Assembly (NCBI GenBank): GCA_045616945.1
Contig: JAZLHR010000127.1
Location: 1-62,801 of the forward strand
DNA length: 62,801 nucleotides
Direction of reading: 5' to 3'
Origin: Lachnospiraceae bacterium
GTDB lineage: Bacteria; Bacillota; Clostridia; Lachnospirales; Lachnospiraceae
Below are positions 54,320 to 62,801 of the stretch, piece after piece (the first letter of the stretch is position 1; the number at the start of each line of letters is the position of its first letter). Under the pieces are notes generated by a model. The model worked only from the letters and a program-made list of their open reading frames with translations, ran no database searches and was not told the origin of the DNA. Position numbers and translations under genes: made by a program.

Positions 54320-55780
54320 ATGCCCTGCACGACGATTCTTGTCGGTAAAAAAGCCAGCTTTGACGGCTCGACTATGGTTGCCAGAACGGAAGACTACAAG
54401 TTCAGTCCCAAGAAGCTGAAGGTAATGCTGCCCTCCGAGCAGCCCCGCGTTTATAAGACTGTTACTTCACATCTGGAAATCGAACTTCCGGAAGAGCCGC
54501 TGCGCTATACCTGCACGCCGAATTGCATTCCCGACCGCGGTGCCTGGTGCGCCAGCGGGATCAATGCGGAAAATGTCGGTATGACGGCTACCGAGACCCT
54601 GACGGCCAATTCCGTTCTGCTTGCGGCGGATCCGATGGTGAATTATCAAAAAGCGGAAGAGGGCCGTGAGGAGATCCCCGGAGGCATCGGCGAGGAAGAT
54701 ATCGTGCTTCTTGTATTGCCTTATATCCGCAGCGCCAGAGAAGGCGTGCTGCGTCTCGGAAAGCTGCTGGAAACCTACGGCACCTACGAAAAGAACGGTA
54801 TCGCTTTCAATGACGCGGATGAATGCTGGTGGCTGGAAACCATCGGCGGACATCATTGGATCGCAAGACGGGTGCAGGACGATGAAGTCGCCATCATGCC
54901 GAATCAGCTGGGCATCGACCGGTTCGATCTGGAAGATGCGTTCGGTGCACAGCAGAATTTCCTCTGCGCGCCCGATATGCGGGAATTCCTGAAAGACCGG
55001 ATGTACTTCCGCGGCGGTTCCGTATTTAACCCCCGGCACGTATTCGGGACGGACAGTGACCGTGACCGTATGTACAATACGCCCCGTGCCTGGATGATCT
55101 CCAAGACGCTTTGCCCGAACACCTATCGCTGGTCCGGCGAGAATGCTGATTACAGACCCGACAGCAACAATATCCCCTGGTCGATGGTCCCCGAAAGACC
55201 GTTAAAGGTCGAAGATGTCAGAAACATTCTTGCCCTGTATTATCAAAGGACCCCTTACGATCCTTACGGCGACGGCCCCGAAAGCGGCAAGTACCGCCCC
55301 ATCGCTACGCCCAGAACGAATGTGACCTCCGTGTGCCAGCTGCGCGGCTATATGCCGAAACAGCTGCAGGCGATCCATTGGATCTCCTTTGCGACGACGC
55401 ATATCACCGGCCTTGTTCCGCAGTATGCGAACGTGAATAAGACGCCTGCGTACTTCTGTAATGTCGAAAACCGGCCTTCCACCGACAATTTCTGCTGGGC
55501 CAGCCACATTCTTGCGGCTGTTGCAGAGCCTCATTTTGCCGATATGGTCAAAATCACGGAGGCATATCAGGATAAGGTCCTGACGGACGGCCTGGAAGTG
55601 CTGTATGAGTACGATGCCAAGGTGATCGAAGGCGGAGATATTTCGCTGCTGGAGGAAGCCAACGAAAAGATCGCTGCCTCCACTCAGAAGAATACCGATA
55701 AGATCCTGGACGAAACCATGGAATTGTCCCGTCTGCTCAACAAGGTGTTTTTCCACAGAGAAGATTATTATCGTAAATAG
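54320..55780 (+). CDS. C69 family dipeptidase
   Basis: MPCTTILVGKKASFDGSTMVARTEDY, the N-terminal nucleophile Cys context typical of C69. AGGAGG RBS. Confidence 0.8.
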   Translation: MPCTTILVGKKASFDGSTMVARTEDYKFSPKKLKVMLPSEQPRVYKTVTSHLEIELPEEPLRYTCTPNCIPDRGAWCASGINAENVGMTATETLTANSVLLAADPMVNYQKAEEGREEIPGGIGEEDIVLLVLPYIRSAREGVLRLGKLLETYGTYEKNGIAFNDADECWWLETIGGHHWIARRVQDDEVAIMPNQLGIDRFDLEDAFGAQQNFLCAPDMREFLKDRMYFRGGSVFNPRHVFGTDSDRDRMYNTPRAWMISKTLCPNTYRWSGENADYRPDSNNIPWSMVPERPLKVEDVRNILALYYQRTPYDPYGDGPESGKYRPIATPRTNVTSVCQLRGYMPKQLQAIHWISFATTHITGLVPQYANVNKTPAYFCNVENRPSTDNFCWASHILAAVAEPHFADMVKITEAYQDKVLTDGLEVLYEYDAKVIEGGDISLLEEANEKIAASTQKNTDKILDETMELSRLLNKVFFHREDYYRK

Positions 55781-55789
55781 GAGCGGGAT

Positions 55790-56482
55790 ATGATTCGGGA
55801 TTCCATTGAAAATGTTCGGCAGCGGATGGCTGCCGCTGCGGTCCGTGCCGGCCGCAGACCGGAGGATGTGACCCTCATCGCCGTCAGCAAGACCAACCCG
55901 GCGGAGGCTGTTCTGGAGGCGGCTGCCTGCGGCCAGACCGAATTCGGAGAAAATAAGGCGCAGGAAATGGCTGCGAAAATGGATCAGACCCCGGATAACC
56001 TTCATTGGCATTTTATCGGCAACCTGCAGCGCAATAAAGTGAAATATGTCGTCGGCAGAGCCGTACTGATCCATTCGGTGAATTCGCTGGAGCTGGCGCA
56101 GGAGATCGAACGGCTCTCCGCCAAACGCGGCCTGATTTCGAAGATCCTCATCGAAGTGAATATCGCTTCGGAGGAGACCAAGCACGGGCTCGACGCCGAT
56201 GCCGCCGAGGCTTTGGTGCGGGCCGTATCCGCGATGGAGCATATTGAGATCGACGGGCTGGTGGCGATCGCGCCTCCGACAGAGGATCCGGAAGACAACC
56301 GGAAATATTTCCGGGAAATGTTCCGCCTGCGGGAAAAACTGCAGGCACTCCGGCTTCCGCGCGCTCCGCTGCGGGAACTTTCCATGGGGATGACCGGTGA
56401 TTTTGAAGTGGCGGTGGAAGAGGGCGCTACTTTTATCCGTGTGGGTACAGCGATCTTCGGGAAAAGAAACTACCAGGTATAG
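55790..56482 (+). CDS. yggS: YggS family pyridoxal-phosphate homeostasis protein
   Basis: 230 aa. LIAVSKT (PLP Lys), HFIGNLQRNK, SMGMTGDF. Confidence 0.88.
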   Translation: MIRDSIENVRQRMAAAAVRAGRRPEDVTLIAVSKTNPAEAVLEAAACGQTEFGENKAQEMAAKMDQTPDNLHWHFIGNLQRNKVKYVVGRAVLIHSVNSLELAQEIERLSAKRGLISKILIEVNIASEETKHGLDADAAEALVRAVSAMEHIEIDGLVAIAPPTEDPEDNRKYFREMFRLREKLQALRLPRAPLRELSMGMTGDFEVAVEEGATFIRVGTAIFGKRNYQV

Positions 56483-56587
56483 GCTCTGAGAGATCTTTTG
56501 AAATAATTTGAAAAAGTCATACAAATTCTATTGAACTTTCGTTTCTTTTGTGATAGATTAAGTTTATTAAGTACGTGAGGTGCTGCT

Positions 56588-57046
56588 ATGGATCACATAG
56601 ACAGAAAGTTATTGAGCCTTCTCCAGGAAAATGCCCGTTATTCCCTGAAACAGCTTTCGGAAATCGTGTATCTTTCTTCGCCTGCGGTCGCTGCAAGAAT
56701 CGAGAGACTGGAGCGCGATAACATGATCGTCGGTTATCACGCCGAAGCGAATCTGGAAAAGCTCGGGTATCATATCACCGCCTTTATCAATATCCAGATC
56801 CCTCCCAAGAACAAGCCTGCCTTCGTGGAATTCATCAAGAAGGTTTCCAATGTGCTGGAATGCGATCTGGTATCCGGCAGCTATACGATGATGGTGAAAG
56901 CCGTATTTCCTTCGACCAGCGATCTGGACAGCTTTATTACGCAGCTCCAGTTCTACGGCCCCACGGAAACGCACATCGTCTTCTCTGAGCCCGTGCCTCA
57001 CCGCGGCATCCGCCTGCTGGAAGAGGAACCCGCTCCCAAGGATTGA
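56588..57046 (+). CDS. Lrp/AsnC family transcriptional regulator
   Basis: HTH YSLKQLSEIVYLSSPAVAARIERLE plus a RAM/ACT-like C-terminal half. Confidence 0.85.
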   Translation: MDHIDRKLLSLLQENARYSLKQLSEIVYLSSPAVAARIERLERDNMIVGYHAEANLEKLGYHITAFINIQIPPKNKPAFVEFIKKVSNVLECDLVSGSYTMMVKAVFPSTSDLDSFITQLQFYGPTETHIVFSEPVPHRGIRLLEEEPAPKD

Positions 57047-57074
57047 TCCTTTGACTGTCCGGTCACATCTGTCT

Positions 57075-57112
57075 TCACCCGTTTCCTTCTGCGGAGACGG
57101 GTGATTTTATTT
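57075..57112 (+). terminator. Rho-independent terminator after the lrp-like gene
   Basis: TCACCCGTTTCC / GGAGACGGGTGA stem (57075-57104), then TTTTATTT. Confidence 0.8.
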
Positions 57113-57177
57113 CCCGGTGTAGTTCTCTTTCAGAACTGATAGGTGGCCGATCACTAAAATACAGTTGTCCTGTCACG

Positions 57178-57205
57178 AAAAAAGCGCCCGGCGGCAGCCG
57201 GACGC
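57178..57205 (-). terminator. Rho-independent terminator of upp
   Basis: Minus strand: GCGTCCGGC-TGCC-GCCGGGCGC hairpin (57205-57184), followed by T6 (A-run 57183-57178 on +). Confidence 0.8.
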
Positions 57206-57223
57206 CTATTTGACGGGATCAGA

Positions 57224-57853
57224 TCATTTCGTACCGAAGATACGGTCGCCTGCATCGCCCAGACCGGGGCAGATGTAAGCGTTTGCGTTCAGTTCTCTGT
57301 CGAGATTGCCGACATAGATCTGGACATCCGGATGTGCTTCGGAAAGCTTCTTAAGTCCTTCGGGAGCGGCGATGATGCACATGAACTTGATGTGCTTGCC
57401 GCCGTGGTTTTTGATGAAATCCACTGCTGCAACAGCACTGCCGCCGGTGGCAAGCATGGGGTCGAGGACAACGATCGTGCGTTCATCGATCGGATTCGGC
57501 AGCTTGCAGTAATATTCGTGAGGTTCGTGGGTCACTTCGTCGCGGTACAGACCGATATGACCGACTTTGGCGGTAGGGGTCAGGTTCATGATGCCCTGTA
57601 CCATACCGAGACCGGCGCGGAGAATGGGAACGACGGCGAGCTTACGGCCGCAGATTACGGGGGATTTGCACTTTTCAATAGGGGTCTCGACTTCAATATC
57701 TTCCAAAGGAAGATCACGCAGAGCTTCATAACCCATCAGGGTGGCGATTTCCTCGACCAGCTTGCGGAATTCATTCGTTCCGGTCCGCTTGTCGCGGAGC
57801 ATGGTGATCTTGTGTTTGATTAAAGGATGGGTCAGGATGGTTACGTTCTCCAT
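57224..57853 (-). CDS. upp: uracil phosphoribosyltransferase
   Basis: [16 protein letters not shown]-terminus. PRPP motif [13 protein letters not shown]. Start taken at the internal ATG 57853 of track ORF 57224..57946. Confidence 0.92.
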   Translation of the reverse strand: MENVTILTHPLIKHKITMLRDKRTGTNEFRKLVEEIATLMGYEALRDLPLEDIEVETPIEKCKSPVICGRKLAVVPILRAGLGMVQGIMNLTPTAKVGHIGLYRDEVTHEPHEYYCKLPNPIDERTIVVLDPMLATGGSAVAAVDFIKNHGGKHIKFMCIIAAPEGLKKLSEAHPDVQIYVGNLDRELNANAYICPGLGDAGDRIFGTK

Positions 57854-57992
57854 AATTGCACTCCTTTGGCGTATAGTAGGTGTTTCATACGAAACATCGG
57901 ATCGCAGCAGACAATAATTTGCATACAGCTTCATTCTACCACGCATTCCGAAAAATGAAAAGACAAAAACGGAAAATCACGAGATAATTGCG

Positions 57993-58021
57993 TTGACTTT
58001 CATTCTGTTCAAAGGTATCAT
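57993..58021 (+). promoter_or_regulatory. putative sigma-A promoter of tyrS
   Basis: TTGACT (57993-57998), 17 nt, TATCAT (58016-58021). Confidence 0.6.
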
Positions 58022-58063
58022 GATGAGGCGGTTTTTATCTAATCATGCCCGCGGGAGGACAGA

Positions 58064-59293
58064 ATGACTTTATATGACGAACTTGTTGCCAGAGGTCTGA
58101 TTGCTCAGGTAACAAATGAGGAAGAAATCAAAAAGATGATCAATGCCGGGAAGGCAACGTTTTATATCGGTTTTGACTGTACGGCTGACAGCCTGACGGC
58201 CGGCCATTTTATGGCTTTGACTCTTATGAAGCGTCTGCAGATGGGCGGCAACAAGCCCATTGCTTTGATCGGCGGGGGTACGACGATGATCGGTGATCCC
58301 TCCGGCCGTACGGATATGCGCAAAATGCTGACCCGGGAAGACATCAACCACAATGCGGAATGTTTCCGGAAGCAGATGGAGCGCTTCATCGATTTCGGCG
58401 AAAGCAAGGCTATGATGGTCAACAATGCCGACTGGCTGCTCAGCCTGAATTATGTGGATGTGCTGCGTGAGGTCGGTGCCTGCTTCAGTGTGAACAATAT
58501 GCTGCGCGCGGAATGCTACAAGCAGCGTATGGAGAAGGGCCTCAGCTTCTTCGAATTCAACTACATGATCATGCAGAGCTATGACTTCTATTATCTGTTC
58601 CAGCACTACGGCTGCAATATGCAGTTCGGCGGAGACGATCAGTGGTCCAATATGCTCGGCGGCACTGAACTTATCCGCAAAAAGCTCGGCAAGGATGCAC
58701 ACGCCATGACCATCACCCTGCTGACCGACTCTCAGGGCAAGAAGATGGGCAAGACGGCCGGCAACGCCGTATGGCTGGATACCAACAAGACGAGCCCCTA
58801 CGAGTTCTATCAGTATTGGCGCAATGTGGGTGACGCGGATGTAATGAAATGTATCCGTATGCTGACCTTCATCCCGATCGAGGAGATCGAAGCCATGGCT
58901 TCCTGGGAAGGCAGTCAGCTGAACCGTGCCAAGGAGATCCTGGCCTTTGAGCTTACGAAGATGGTCCACGGCGAAGAAGAAGCGAAAAAAGCGGAAGAGG
59001 CTTCCCGTTCCCTTTTCAGCGGACAGGGCACTGCCGATAATGCTCCGCTGTTTGAACTGGATCCTTCCGTATTGACCGATGGCTGCGTGGATGTCCTTCA
59101 GCTGCTGGTGCTTTCCGGCCTGAACGAGACCCGTTCCGATGCCCGCCGCGCCGTTCAGCAGGGCGGCGTCACTGCAGACGGCGAAAAAGTAACGGATTTC
59201 AAGGCTTCTTTCACGGCTGAGCAGCTTTCCGGCGACGGTATTATGCTGCGCCGCGGCAAAAAGAATTATTGCAGGATTTCTCTTAAGAAATAA
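58064..59293 (+). CDS. tyrS: tyrosyl-tRNA synthetase
   Basis: 409 aa. MTLYDELVARGLIAQVT N-terminus. KMSKS-type KKMGKT. C-terminal S4-like domain. Confidence 0.92.
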   Translation: MTLYDELVARGLIAQVTNEEEIKKMINAGKATFYIGFDCTADSLTAGHFMALTLMKRLQMGGNKPIALIGGGTTMIGDPSGRTDMRKMLTREDINHNAECFRKQMERFIDFGESKAMMVNNADWLLSLNYVDVLREVGACFSVNNMLRAECYKQRMEKGLSFFEFNYMIMQSYDFYYLFQHYGCNMQFGGDDQWSNMLGGTELIRKKLGKDAHAMTITLLTDSQGKKMGKTAGNAVWLDTNKTSPYEFYQYWRNVGDADVMKCIRMLTFIPIEEIEAMASWEGSQLNRAKEILAFELTKMVHGEEEAKKAEEASRSLFSGQGTADNAPLFELDPSVLTDGCVDVLQLLVLSGLNETRSDARRAVQQGGVTADGEKVTDFKASFTAEQLSGDGIMLRRGKKNYCRISLKK

Positions 59294-59394
59294 CTGTGCT
59301 GGCCCGAATCATCTTGACAATAGTTGAATTATGAAGTAAAATCCCAAAGTATAGTACTTTTGCACTATGAAAATTGAATAAAGGAGGTGCTCCT

Positions 59395-60945
59395 GTGACA
59401 AAAGAAATGATTATTGCTGTTGCAGCAGTTGTAGCCATTATTTTGGCAATCATTTCGTGGTTTGTGTCTGCCAATAAGGTGAGACGTCATTACGCCGAGA
59501 CCACCGGGACGGCAGAACAGAAATCACGCGAAATCATAGATGAGGCAAACAAAACAGCAGCAAAGGAACGTGAGGCTATACTGGAAGCCCAGAAGGATAA
59601 TCTGAGGGCCAAGAGTGAGTTCGAAAGAGAGATCAAGGAACGCCGCGGGGAACTTCAGAGAAACGAACGCCGCGTGCAGAGCAAGGAAGAAGCTCTGGAC
59701 AAGAAGCAGGAATTGCTGGAGCGTAAAGAGCAGAGCGTTTCCGACCGCGAGGATAACCTGAAGCGTAAAGACCAGGAAATCACCGAGGTCCTGAATCAGC
59801 AGAAGGCTCAGCTTGAAAAGATCGCAGGTCTTTCCGCCGAAGAAGCGAGGCAGTATCTGATCCGCAGTGTGGAGGAGGATGCCAAACACGATATCGCGAA
59901 GCGTCTGCGCGAGCTCGATGTCCGGTACCGCGATGAAGCGAACTGCAGGGCCCGTGAATATGTTGTGACTGCTATTCAGAAGTGTGCTGCTGATCATGTT
60001 GCCGAAGCCACGATTTCCGTCGTACAGCTTCCCAACGATGAAATGAAGGGCCGCATCATCGGTCGTGAAGGCCGCAATATCCGTGCTCTGGAACAGCTTA
60101 CCGGTGTCGATCTGATCATCGATGATACTCCGGAAGCCGTTGTTCTTTCCGGTTTCGATCCGATGCGCCGTGAGGTCGCCAGGATCGCTCTTGAAAAGCT
60201 GATCATCGACGGGCGTATTCATCCCGCCAGGATCGAAGAAGTCGTGGAAAAGGCCAGGAAGGAAGTCGACGAAAGCATCCGCCAGGAAGGCGAGGCTGCT
60301 CTGTTGGAGGTCGGCATCCACGGTATTCATCCCGAGCTTGTTAAGCTCCTCGGCCGCATGAAGTTCCGTTCCAGCTACGGTCAGAATGCTTTGAAGCATT
60401 CGATCGAGGTCGCACATCTTTCCGGCGCACTTGCCGGTGAGCTGGGCCTGGATATCCGCATGGCCAAGCGCGCAGGTCTGCTGCACGATATCGGCAAGAG
60501 TATTGACCATGAAACGGAAGGCTCTCACGTGCAGATCGGTGCCGATCTTTGCAGAAAATACAAAGAACCGATCACCGTTATCAATGCTGTTGAATCTCAT
60601 CACGGAGACGTCGAGGCAACCAGCCTTGTTTCCTGTATCGTTCAGGCAGCGGATGCGATTTCCGCAGCCCGTCCCGGTGCCAGAAGGGAAACGCTTGAGA
60701 CCTATACCAAGCGTCTGAAGCAGCTGGAGGAGATCACCGGCAGTTTCAAGGGCGTCAGCAATGCCTACGCCATTCAGGCCGGTCGTGAAGTCAGAGTCAT
60801 GGTTGTTCCCGAACAGGTCAACGATGATGAAATGACTTTGATTGCGCATGATATCGCCAAGAGAATCGAGGACGAAATGGAATACCCTGGCCAGATCAAG
60901 GTCAGCGTGATCCGTGAGTCCCGCACGGTAGATTATGCCAAGTAA
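59395..60945 (+). CDS. rny: ribonuclease Y
   Basis: N-terminal TM helix, coiled coil, KH ([15 protein letters not shown]), HD (LLHDIGK). GTG at 59395 is 6 nt after GGAGG; the track start is 59374. Confidence 0.92.
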   Translation: MTKEMIIAVAAVVAIILAIISWFVSANKVRRHYAETTGTAEQKSREIIDEANKTAAKEREAILEAQKDNLRAKSEFEREIKERRGELQRNERRVQSKEEALDKKQELLERKEQSVSDREDNLKRKDQEITEVLNQQKAQLEKIAGLSAEEARQYLIRSVEEDAKHDIAKRLRELDVRYRDEANCRAREYVVTAIQKCAADHVAEATISVVQLPNDEMKGRIIGREGRNIRALEQLTGVDLIIDDTPEAVVLSGFDPMRREVARIALEKLIIDGRIHPARIEEVVEKARKEVDESIRQEGEAALLEVGIHGIHPELVKLLGRMKFRSSYGQNALKHSIEVAHLSGALAGELGLDIRMAKRAGLLHDIGKSIDHETEGSHVQIGADLCRKYKEPITVINAVESHHGDVEATSLVSCIVQAADAISAARPGARRETLETYTKRLKQLEEITGSFKGVSNAYAIQAGREVRVMVVPEQVNDDEMTLIAHDIAKRIEDEMEYPGQIKVSVIRESRTVDYAK

Positions 60946-60949
60946 CATT

Positions 60950-60990
60950 AAATGCGTCTCTTTCCGAGAAATCGGAGAGGGACGCATTTT
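60950..60990 (+). terminator. Rho-independent terminator after rny
   Basis: AAATGCGTCTCTTTCCGA (60950-60967) pairs with TCGGAGAGGGACGCATTT (60972-60989) with two G:U pairs, then a T-run. Confidence 0.85.
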
Positions 60991-61035
60991 CCGTATGGAA
61001 CACACATCCTTTATTCAGCCTGAAAGGAGTTTTGA

Positions 61036-61791
61036 ATGAAAAAGCTGATATCCTGGAACGTAAACGGTCTGCGTGCCGCCCTCGGAAAGGGCTTTGCGGA
61101 TATTTTCACCGCATTGGATGCGGATATATTCTGTCTGCAGGAAACCAAGCTGCAGGAAGGACAGATCGATCTTACTTTTCCCGGCTATGAAAGCTATTGG
61201 AATTATGCGGAGAAGAAGGGATATTCCGGGACCGCTGTATTTACGCGCGAAACGCCTCTTTCGGTGTCCTTCGGGATCGGTGCGGAGGAGCACAGCCACG
61301 AGGGCAGAGTTATCACGCTGGAATATCCGGATGAATATATCGTCACCAGCTATACACCGAATTCCCAGGACGGACTGAAGCGCCTGGATTACCGTATGCG
61401 CTTCGAGGATGATCTGCGGCAGTATCTGTGCGGCCTGGCTGAAAAGAAAGCGGTCATTCTCTGCGGGGACCTGAATGTGGCGCACCGGGAGATCGATCTG
61501 AAAAACCCGGCTGCCAATGTGCAGAATCCCGGCTTTTCCGCGGAGGAACGCGGAAAAATGACCGAGCTGCTGGCAGCCGGCTTTACGGATACTTTCCGGT
61601 ACTTCCATCCGGATGAAAAGGATGCATACAGCTGGTGGTCTTACCGGATGCGTGCCCGTGAGCGCAATGTCGGGTGGAGGATCGATTATTTTATCGTATC
61701 GGATCAGATGCGCGAAAGGCTCGTTTCCGCTTCCATCCATTCGGAGATATTCGGCTCCGATCATTGCCCCGTCGAACTTGTCATTCGCTGA
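61036..61791 (+). CDS. xth: exodeoxyribonuclease III
   Basis: ISWNVNGLRA, CLQETK, SDHCPV motifs of the EEP/ExoIII family. Confidence 0.92.
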   Translation: MKKLISWNVNGLRAALGKGFADIFTALDADIFCLQETKLQEGQIDLTFPGYESYWNYAEKKGYSGTAVFTRETPLSVSFGIGAEEHSHEGRVITLEYPDEYIVTSYTPNSQDGLKRLDYRMRFEDDLRQYLCGLAEKKAVILCGDLNVAHREIDLKNPAANVQNPGFSAEERGKMTELLAAGFTDTFRYFHPDEKDAYSWWSYRMRARERNVGWRIDYFIVSDQMRERLVSASIHSEIFGSDHCPVELVIR

Positions 61792-61820
61792 GGCGCCTCC
61801 TGCTTTTCGGGAAAGTTCGC

Positions 61821-61849
61821 TTGCACAGATTTTTGAAGTATGATAAAAT
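61821..61849 (+). promoter_or_regulatory. putative sigma-A promoter of lysK
   Basis: TTGCAC (61821-61826), 17 nt, TAAAAT (61844-61849) with a TG extension. Confidence 0.55.
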
Positions 61850-61903
61850 GAGACGGTTCATAGTAACACTTTAGAGGCCCTTTTGGGGCTGTAAGGAGAT
61901 AGT

Positions 61904-62801
61904 ATGCATTGGTCAGATGAAGTTGCACAGAAGATAATCGCACGCCGCCCCGATAAAGAGGAATATGTCTGCGCTGCCGGCATCAGCCCCTCCGGGTCGA
62001 TCCATATCGGAAATTTCCGTGATATAGCCACGAGCTATTTTGTAGTGAAAGCCCTGGAAAGAGCCGGCAAGAAAGCCCGCCTTCTTTTCTCCTGGGACGA
62101 GTATGACCGTCTCCGCAAGGTGCCGAAGAACGTGGCTGCCGTCCGCAATGATTACGAGCAGTATATCGGCTATCCGTATGTGGACGTCCCCAATCCTTTC
62201 GGAGAGGAAGGTACGTATGCTTCCTATTTCGAAAATGAATTCATGACCTCCATGGAGCGCTTCGGCATCAAGCTGGATTACAGATATCAGGCTGAAATGT
62301 ACCGCAGCGGCGCCTACAAGGAGCATGTTCTGACCTGCCTGAAGAAGCGCAAGGAGATTTTCGATGTCCTTGACAGCTTCCGTACCCAGGATGCGCAGGA
62401 AGGGGAGCGCGACGCTTACTACCCCGTGAGCATTTACTGCCCCTGCTGCAATCGCGATACGACCAAGATCCTTTCTCTTTCCGATGATGACTGCGTAGCG
62501 GAGTACGAATGTGCCTGCGGCCACAAGGGAAGCTTTGATTTCCGGACGGATTATGACTGCAAGCTGGCGTGGAAGATCGACTGCCCCATGCGCTGGATGT
62601 ATGAAGGCGTAGACTTTGAACCGGGCGGAAAGGATCATGCCAGCCCCGGCGGCAGCTACGATAACAGCCGCATCATTTCCGAAAAGATTTTCGGTTATTA
62701 CGCTGCTTTCTTTCAGGGCTATGAGTTCATCGGCATCAAGGGCGCGACCGGCAAGATGAGCGGTTCGTCCGGCCTGAATCTGACGCCCGCCACGCTGCTG
62801 A
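61904..62801 (+). CDS. lysK: class I lysyl-tRNA synthetase, N-terminal about 299 codons (runs off the window end)
   Basis: My own translation from the ATG at 61904 (AAGGAG RBS) gives MHWSDEVAQKII...GISPSGSIHIGNFRDIA...FEPGGKDHASPGGSYD...GKMSGSSG with no stop up to base 62801. It carries HIGN and KMS(K)S-type motifs of archaeal-type LysRS. It is not in the supplied ORF track, which lists only its antisense shadow. Confidence 0.85.
   Translation, partial: MHWSDEVAQKIIARRPDKEEYVCAAGISPSGSIHIGNFRDIATSYFVVKALERAGKKARLLFSWDEYDRLRKVPKNVAAVRNDYEQYIGYPYVDVPNPFGEEGTYASYFENEFMTSMERFGIKLDYRYQAEMYRSGAYKEHVLTCLKKRKEIFDVLDSFRTQDAQEGERDAYYPVSIYCPCCNRDTTKILSLSDDDCVAEYECACGHKGSFDFRTDYDCKLAWKIDCPMRWMYEGVDFEPGGKDHASPGGSYDNSRIISEKIFGYYAAFFQGYEFIGIKGATGKMSGSSGLNLTPATLL

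Noticed and set aside
57954-58063. Expected T-box leaders upstream of the aminoacyl-tRNA synthetase genes tyrS and lysK (the lysK region is 61792-61903).
   Set aside because: The promoter-to-ATG distance is only about 40-55 nt in both cases, and neither region has a GGGUGGNACCGCG-like T-box sequence.
61913-62638. A 241-aa minus-strand ORF, which is the only ORF the track lists for this region.
   Set aside because: It is codon-aligned antisense to a plus-strand frame that encodes clear class I LysRS motifs. The plus-strand gene is the real one.

Overview
This 62.8-kb window looks like chromosomal DNA from a GC-rich (judged by eye, not computed) Bacillota/Clostridia-type genome. The taxonomic call rests on a PolC-type replicase, a CIRCE/HrcA-controlled hrcA-grpE-dnaK-dnaJ operon, a T-box leader, RNase Y, SepF, and mreC-mreD-PBP2-minD-rodA. 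I call 51 CDS, 46 on + and 5 on -. I found no rRNA, tRNA, CRISPR array, transposase, integrase, phage gene or long nucleotide repeat. The backbone is housekeeping: (S1)-pyrH-frr-uppS-cdsA-rseP-ispG-polC; radC-mreCD-mrdA-minD-rodA ... sepF-lspA-rluD; hrcA-grpE-dnaK-dnaJ-prmA-rsmE; nifS-thiI; mtaB; yggS; upp; tyrS; rny; xth; lysK. Accessory or unusual parts are: (1) copA-copZ abutting polC. (2) A lipoprotein pair at 12.2-20.3 kb: an SH3b + NlpC/P60 protein with all three catalytic-triad positions substituted, and a 2174-aa lipoprotein with two tandem vWA/MIDAS domains and over 1000 aa of unassignable sequence. This pair is my best candidate for an undescribed envelope system. (3) A Trp-specifier T-box driving a stand-alone trpB2-type gene. 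(4) An operon of fucI-like isomerase, archaeal-type TIM-like isomerase and a leaderless C40-like protein. (5) marR plus an orphan HTH-TPR (RNPP-like) regulator. (6) A mini P-loop protein and a membrane-fusion-like protein wedged between rodA and sepF. (7) A PolC ORF that appears to lack the DEDDh proofreading exonuclease insertion. (8) A class-I lysyl-tRNA synthetase that runs off the 3' end and is missing from the supplied ORF track. All calls come from reading the translations and the DNA. No database search, HMM or folding was run, so family assignments are recollection-based and coordinates of RNA and regulatory elements are approximate.
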